Shown piece by piece: positions 56,611 through 64,000 of a DNA stretch of 64,000 bases. Origin of the DNA: Lama glama (Eukaryota); the NCBI GenBank assembly GCA_028534125.1, contig CM052818.1:39124001-39188000 (forward strand), given 5' to 3'. Made by a program: the position numbers and the translations under genes. Position 1 is the first letter of the stretch. Each line of letters opens with the position of its first letter. The notes beneath the pieces are model-generated. The model worked only from the letters and a program-made list of their open reading frames with translations, did no database searches and was not told where the DNA came from.

Positions 56611-59600
56611 TTTTTTTAATGTGTGCTTGCTGGGGAGTAGCTGCTTCAAGGCAAGTCCATTGTCTCCAATCATTGCCTCATCCTCTTACTTGAAAATTCT
56701 GTAGCAGCCACGGGTGGGAAGTGAGGGTAGCAAGGGCTTCCCCAGCACCCTAAGCAGCCTGGCATCTCAAGGTCCCCTGAGGGTTGTTTGCACAGTTCTA
56801 TTCCTGCTGCTCTTTTGTGAACCAGGAGGATCCAGGAAGCCTGCCTTGGTGCCCTGCCCAGCCCCACAGTGTCCAGGCCGCTCCCTGTGAGTTTCTACCT
56901 CTCGGGGAGACCCCAGGCCTCCGCTCCTCCTCCAGCTTCCGGATCAATAGGAGTTGCCGCTGTTCATGCCTCTTCTGTCCCTTTGTCTGCTGCCTGGCGG
57001 AGCTTGTCAGGTGAGATATACACCTGTCCCACCCAGCCTGAGGCCCCACAACTGCTAGGTGTGTCTGGCCATGAGCATGAGAGTCTGGGCCAGCCACCAT
57101 GTGTGGGTGCTCCTCTACCCTGAGGCTGGGGCTGGCAGCCAGCACCAGGTCAGGCCCCTGCCCTCTGTGTCCCTTGACCCCCAAAGCAGACAGTGCTGGC
57201 CCAAGGGCTGATGTGGGGGAAGGAAGATACAGACCCTCTCTTCCCCTAGCTCTGGACTGTGTTCCCTGGCAGAACGCAGTGGGGTGCATAGGGGCACCCT
57301 AATGCCAAACAAATAGTCTGCTGCAGGGTGGGATGCTGGGAAGAAGAGAAGAAAGTGGAAAGCAGACCCCGGCACTCTGGCCCCCTTCATTCTCCTCTTC
57401 TTTCAACCTGGGAAAAACATTTAATTATCTCAAATTATCTCAGAACATCAACACACAAATGCATACCAAAGTGCCCACCCCTTGTATGCGTGGTGGTGGA
57501 GGAGGGCACTGACTACAGGGAAGGTCTCAGCGCAGCTCCCGCCATGCCCCTTGAGCTGACCAGGAGACACCTCCCTGGCCCAGGCACCTGGGGACACAGC
57601 ATGGCTGCCTCTTGCCTGGAAACAAAATCTTCCCTGTCAAGGTCATCACTAGGTTCTGTGCCCGAGGACAGGGCCAGAGGGTGCACTGCATTCCTCCCAG
57701 CAAGAGAGGAATTCCTGATGTATCAGTGCATGGAGGAAACTGCTTTGCGATGAAATCTTCAGAGCCGGAGGTTGGAGCTTCAGTCCCTTAAGAAGTAAGT
57801 GGATGACCTTAGAATCCTCATCTGGACAAGGTGTGTGTGGCAAATTTTCTGGTTCTGGTAGCCTGATAGGTCAGACCACGTTAATGCAAGTTGTTATCAG
57901 CTCCTTCTTTATCTGGACGACTGGGTAAGAACTGACTTCGTTTTTCAGGGAACTGTCTCTTGAGTGGTGCTCCTGGTTTATCCACAGGTTCAGCTAGTGG
58001 ACCTGGATTTCCCAGGGGAAAGTTAGGTACGGCTTCCTGTGTGTCCTGACGAAGTCTGGCCCCTCTAAGCACGCACATGAAGGAGCAGAGAGCTGGGACT
58101 GAGGAATACCTGGGAAGAAAGGGATGGAGACAAAACCCTCTTCCATGTGGAAGCTGGAATTCCTCTGATGAAGTTTCCCAGCAGGAGAGGCCCACTGCCT
58201 GCAAGTGGATGAAGCTGGGAAGAAAGGAGGGGTCAGAATTGGTGATCCAGTTAACCTCAGGGCTTGGGCCTGGGCCTGGGGTGTGGCTGAGGATGGAGGC
58301 TTCCCAGACTCAGCTGCCTCTTCTATGGTCGCCCTCTGCTTGGGAACGCGGCTAAACTTAGAAGCATGAGCTACAAGAGCGGTAACCTTGGAGCCTGACG
58401 TGGGGCCCCTCTGCAGACCAGGCGAGGGGCAGACCCAGCGAGACATGATCCCAGCAGACTTGGTGAGACAATTTTCCACAGACACCTTAGTGCTGTGCCA
58501 GAAACCGTGAAATAAGGACCTCTTAATTTTCCAGTTTTTCTCCAATCGCCATTTGCAGAATTACTCGTAGGCCTAAGTATGCTCCCAATTTCCCTGGGGG
58601 GTGGGCGTGGAAAAGTGGGTGTGGAATGAGGCTTCCTGTTCATATGGGCACATGGAGCTCAAGCAATTATTGAATAAATAAGAGTGACTGACTTTATGCC
58701 CCAGACTGGTGAAGTGTGTTTGCTTAGGAAAAAGGCCAGAAAATTATATAACGAAAAATCATTACTCATTGCCTCTGGCTGGTAAGGTATCAGGTGATAG
58801 CATGCTTTTTCTTTTCATTCATCTATACTTTCCATTTTTTTCTACAGTGATTATGTAATTACTTGAATTATTGCAAATGCTTTTACAGTGGCTCCAATAG
58901 TAATTATTATCTAGAGGCCCCAAGAAAAGGCTACATGATGTCTGTTTTCAGCTGTTTCAGGAGGTGGAGAGGAAAACTCTATGCTTGGGAAAGATTTTTC
59001 TTAATCCAAGATGTAAAATAGAAACGTTAGGTGCCTATTGGTGTATGTGCAGTTGTCTGGAAAAAATCAGTTAGCAGAATCAACATAGCAGAGCTTGGCT
59101 CGCAGTGATGGGAGAGACCAAGCCACAGGGGACTAGAGAAAGGAGTGGGGAAGAGAAGATCCAGGTGGTCCAGGCATGGAACATGGTCTCCAAGTCTCAG
59201 AGGGCTGCCCTGCAGCAGAGGGAGCCCAGCGCTCCTAATGTGCAGAAGGGACAAGGGCTGAAACATCAGGAGGGCCATTTAAGGAAGGCCTTTCCAGCAC
59301 ATCTGTGAATGGAATGTCTTAGGAGATGTGATGAAATGACCTCAAACTTCAATGGACAAAGATGTTTTGTCTGCTTGTTATTATGTCATCTTAAACACGA
59401 CAGGTGAGTCAGTGAGACAAGCAGTAAAAAAAAAAAAAGAAAAGGTGGGACAACCGATCCAGCCAAGAGGCTCCAAAGAAAGGAGACAATTAGGGCATGT
59501 GTGATGGCCAATATGGGAGGGTGGGGTCCTAGTTGGTGTAGACATGAAGAGATGGGGAGGTCCAGCTGGTGTGGACTTGGGAAAGACAAGTGTAAGTCCA

Positions 59601-60317
59601 GCTCAGAAACAGAGGAACCCTGGGGAAGAGGGGTGTGATACTCAAGCACTAGCCCACATAATGCATCTGTGCAAATTATAAAAATGTGCCCCAGCTGGGT
59701 GGATGCCACCTTGCACCAGGAAACATTGGTGAGGGGAATGTGAGCTGGATTTTATCCTTCCATTGGCTTCTTTGTCCAGCTGTTCAGTTAACAGCCCACA
59801 CATTTGTACATGGAGGCCCTGGGTGGCTGCAGTACAGCTGTGGATGGTTGTCTGTCTACAAAGGACCTCAGCTAGCACTGGGGGTACAGGATCAGGATGT
59901 GGTACTCCAGAGGAGACCAGGCCCCTGCATGGCATGGCACAGGGCCCAGTGGAGAAGGCTGAGGCCCGGGGCATTGTTTTAAGGTCAGCGGGGAGCTGGA
60001 GTGTGACGCAAGGAAACTGAGGTGGAATCCTGTTTGTATGAACAGAGGCAGCATTGCAAATAGTCAGGGGCAGAAGGATGGGGGATGTGCCTTTGGGCTT
60101 GTCTGTGCCTACAGGACACATCTCTGGTCATGAGGCTTATTCAAGGCCCCTTTGGATTGTCCTGCCTGCAGAAGTCCTGCCTGATTTGGTGGGAGGGGAT
60201 CACAGAAAAGGCAAGCAGACTGGGCTTGTGGGGCTGTCAGTGAGCCCCACTGGGGACCAGGACTGGCAGTGCTGACCAGGTCCCAGACCTGCTATTCACT
60301 TTGGCTATTCTTTATGG

Positions 60318-60497
60318 CAGTGTTTTCCAAACTTGAGCATGCATGCAAATCATCTGGAGGGCTGGGTTGGCTCTATCTCAAAGTGTCTGATTTGCTGGGT
60401 TTGGGGTGGAGCCGGAGGATTTGTAATTTGTATTTCTGACAGGTTCCCAAGCATTGCTGATGCTGTCGGATCAGTGGTCACTCTTTGAAAACCACTG
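60318..60497. mobile_element. MER5A-like hAT-Charlie element
   Basis: TIRs cagtgttttccaaactt / tttgaaaaccactg; internal atcatctggagggct...atttctgacaggttccca...gctgatgctg. Confidence 0.8.
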
Positions 60498-60767
60498 CTC
60501 CACAGATGTTCTTACTTCGTGAAGCACAAAGCATTCTCTGAGGACTGGGGAACACTTGGCTCCTGTCTGCCTCTCCTTGTCACTGCCGGGCACTTGGTGG
60601 GTCGGACCCTCACCCACTCACTGTCTCTGAGGCTGCAGGATTTCACCTGCTCCTGCCCTTCTATTCGTGACTTTCTCTGAAATGGCTGATCTTGGTGAGG
60701 AAGGATTGGCCACTCCCGACCTGGGTGGCGGGAAGGGGCTGGGTGATCCTCAGTGCCGGGCAACCAT

Positions 60768-60807
60768 GGCCCTGGGGAGCCTCGGCCCTGGGGAGCCTCG
60801 GCCCTGG
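60768..60807. repeat. Perfect 16-bp tandem repeat x2.5 (ggccctggggagcctc)
   Basis: Units at 60768-60783, 60784-60799 and partial 60800-60807. Confidence 0.95.
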
Positions 60808-61757
60808 TTTCTGGGCCCCGCTGGGCAGGTGTAAGGGGTAAGATCTTAGTTACTGGCAGAGCAGTGATTGTTCCCCTGGCATCCCAATACAGCCCTAAAT
60901 CAGCCCTTTTCGGTCAAAGAGCCACATTCTAAAGGCATCAGCCTACGAACTGGAATGAATTCCTTGGGGTCTGGGTGTCCCCAGCTCTGAAGTGAGGCTG
61001 CCCCAGATACTCCCTAAGGTCCTTCCTAGCTCCAGCCTTGTTGACTTTGAGTAGGAAGAGGGATCAGAGAAGAGAGAAGGCTCACTAGGGTTGGATGAGA
61101 AGGGATGGAGGAGGTGATGTCAGCTGCGGTGAGCTGGGCCTGGGAAGGCAGGATGAGTCACTGGGCATGACGAGGAGGGGGCGGGAGCAGGGGAGGCCTT
61201 AACGCGGGTCATGTGGGCGAACCACTGGCGAGAAGCCTGGGGCTGGCAAAGGGGCTAGGGGTGGGGCTACCAAGGCTGCCCTGTGGTACCATTTAGCCTC
61301 TGGCCTGGGGAAGGGGTGGGGGCCACCCTATGGCTCCTGCTGGATCTTCTAGTCTCTGGAGAGCCACAGGTGCCTGCTGGGAGCGGCTTCAGTGCTTTGA
61401 TAGCTGTGGGCCCCAGCCTGCGGCATGCGGGTGACTTATGGGAGGTAATCTGTGTCACCAGGCCCTGCTGGAAAGTTCCCACCTGCGAGGAGCATGCCCA
61501 GTCTGCCCCACTCTGCCCCTCTCAGTTCAGGCCCCAGTCCTGGGCTAGACACACACATGTGTCCCTGCTCCTCTGCAGGTCTCTTAGTGCCTCGAAGGCA
61601 GGGATCGGAAACTCCCCGTCCACACAGCTTAGCTTAGCACAGTGCTGGACACACAGTGGGGACCCACAGAGAGACAGCTCCCCAGTTTAGTCCAAAGCCT
61701 GCTTGGAAAGAGCAGGGTGGAGGCTGAGGGTCTGACCGGCCCTGCTCCTTCCCATCC

Positions 61758-62360
61758 TGTAAGCAGATAGGATAGGGGGATCCCCCAGAGATAGAACCAG
61801 GCATGGTTTCTTGAAATAAGAGAAACCATTTTTGGCCTAAGCCATTTTGTGATCTAAGCCTGGCCACAATGCTTGCCCTTAGAACAGGTCTCAGTAATTC
61901 ATGATCTTAAGGGAAGTAAGGTTCTGCAAGAACAAAGGAAAGGCAGTCAAGAAACAACAGTCTAGCCACAAAACAGAGACCTAGTTCCTCCCCAAGGGAT
62001 AGACCTAACCATCTGATACAGCCTTTGAGTTCTGTAGGAAATAAGACCCCCACCCAGGTGGAGGATGGAATGATGACAACCCTCCTGACTTCAGTCAAGT
62101 GAATCTTGGGCTCTGTCCAGCTTGGCCCCAATTCTATGCTGAATTCTCCTCTGCTCTAGCCCCTGATTCATGAATACGTGTGTACCCTTAGCTTCAGACT
62201 TCCCCAGTTTTGCTGTTCAGGGAGACACGGCTTTGGGAAAGATCCCCAGTATTCTCCTTACTTGCTGCAAGTAACAAATCCTTCCTTCTCCCGATCTTTG
62301 GCTTGCTTGTGTCTTTTGCCTTGACACCCACCAAGAGGCGAACCCAGTTTTTGGGTGACA
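61758..62360 (+). mobile_element. Solo ERV1-class LTR (MER4/MER41-group-like), 603 bp
   Basis: TG...CA termini (tgtaagc...gtgaca), 4-bp TSD ATCC at 61754-61757 and 62361-62364, R/U5-like end ctccttacttgctgcaagtaacaaa...caagaggcgaaccc. Confidence 0.88.
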
Positions 62361-64000
62361 ATCCCTCTCCTGTTTGTCCCTTCTCTGCTCCCTGCGGCTT
62401 TTGCTGAGACCTTTGGTGCTTTGCCACACCGGTCACCACGCTGAGATGGGCAGGCTACACCTGGGTGAAAGGACTTCAGCCTCTCAGGCTCACCAACCAC
62501 GTGGACTCACCCCTGCTCCAGCAGCCCCAAGACCAAGCAGCCCTGTGCCCGCAGCTTATGCCTCTCACCGAGAGGGGACCTTACTTGTGGCCCAGCTCTG
62601 GTGCGCACTGGCACTGGTTGAGCACAATAGATGTCCTTTTCCTTCTCCAGCATCAGCTCCCTCATCCGTGAGTTAGGAGCAATTATTCTTGGGTGACCAG
62701 GTTACCTGATGCAGGTAAGTTCTCCACCGATGGTTCTAAGGCTGTTATTGGAGATGGCAACAGCAGGGGACCAAGGGTGCCTGCAGCCCTGGCCTCCTGG
62801 GCACTGGGCTGAGCTGGGCTGAGCCCTGGGGGGATATTTGTTACGACTGCAGGCGTCTTTGGCCCTTGGGAGAGGACAGGGGGTACTCGGAGTGAATCTG
62901 AGGCCAGGGGGCTCCCAGCCCAGCTCAGGCTGTGTTTGGGAGAGGCAGTGCCCCCTTAGCAGAGGCTTCTGGTCAGGTAGGGGCTGGCTTGGGAGGTTAT
63001 CTGAGGGCACAGGAAATATCTGGAATCTATGGGAATGGGAACTCAGGGCAGAGGTCACCTCAAATTAAAATTTAAAAAGCCCTCTGTGTGAAGGGAATCA
63101 AAGGAGGTGAAGACATGTGCTCTTCCGGAGTCTCCTGAACCCAGATGTTAGCGGTTAAAATTCTTATGGGGCCAGACTGTGGGCACCAAAAGCAGCTCTT
63201 GGAGCCTGGGGGGCAGGACCTGCCCACGGGATAAGTGTGGTTCCTCACTCCCCCCTCCACCAGGATACTGACCCCAGGGTTTACTGAGCAAAGCTGGGTG
63301 CTGTGGGGAGACAGGCACTCTGGGGTCCAGGACCTCCCTGGCCCCTCACTCTGGACTGGCTGCTCCTTGGAGTGAAATAGGATCCTGCTCTGGTCTGAGC
63401 TCGTTAGCTGGAGGCCGTCTCCTTCTGATTTATGGTCTGGAGCCCCTCATCCGAGGGCCAAGGTCTTTTGATCTGAGCCCAGGGTTAGGGGCAGGGGATT
63501 CCTGGGTCTTAATTGGCATCAGCCAGGCTGATGCTGACCAGGTCTCCACCCTAGCTCCCAGCCTCCGGCCCCCAACCTCCTGAATGATGTTGAGGGGGAC
63601 ATGGGGATCTGGGAGGAGGACAGAGGGTGCTGGGAGTTTGTTCTGGCTCTGGGGCCTCATGGGCACAAAGAATAGGAGGGAGAATTACCAGCTGCAAAGG
63701 ATCCTCTCCCTGCAGCCCCTCCCCAGCCTCGACCCATTGCTGACCCTGACCTCTTCCCCTCCCTACTCTAACCTCGCCTGGACCAAGTGTCCTGTTCTTC
63801 CTTGAGGGCTCGCCACGTGCGTAGCCCTGTGCTGGGCATGTAAAGCAAGTCTCACAGAAAAGCAAGATACGTACTTAGATGGAAAAAACAGATGAAATAA
63901 CAGGCAGTGCTTTGAAGTCTTGCGCAGCTCAGAGTTGTCCTTTTGCATGAGGATTTTATTATGTTTTGTTCTTTGTTTTCTGGCTGAAGGAGGTGAGGGT

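Noticed and set aside
1..64000. CRISPR arrays, operons, rRNA, snRNA, processed pseudogenes or NUMTs
   Set aside because: The locus is eukaryotic and intron-containing, with no regularly spaced repeat-spacer array or recognisable RNA-gene, retrocopy or mitochondrial sequence. Very decayed copies could be missed by eye.

Overview
Mammalian genomic DNA, most likely from a camelid. The evidence is three tRNA-Ala-derived Vic-1-like SINEs and a young L1 whose 3' end resembles camelid L1s; no Alu, B1/B2, Bov-A/Bov-tA or PRE-1 was recognised. The only protein-coding gene is syndecan-1 (SDC1/CD138) on the + strand. Bases 1-7092 are the distal part of intron 1 (exon 1 lies upstream of the window), followed by coding exons 2-5 (82/479/136/170 bp, all GT-AG) and a 3'UTR with two AATAAA sites (10823 and 11516). 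The remaining ~52 kb is intergenic: GC-rich unique DNA with several motif-dense candidate enhancers, ancient repeats (MIR, L2, MER, MLT), an L1-dense AT-rich block (~44-55 kb) containing a 500-N gap, and a solo ERV1 LTR. All other ORFs in the track look like noise. I found no convincing new gene or biological system. The best leads are an Ala->Thr change on the SDC1 transmembrane dimer face, a lost Ser-Gly GAG site, a possible intronic-polyadenylation route to secreted SDC1, and a triple TCF/LEF candidate enhancer downstream. Repeat family names and reference protein sequences are from recall, repeat boundaries are approximate, and residue numbers follow human SDC1 assuming a 22-codon exon 1.
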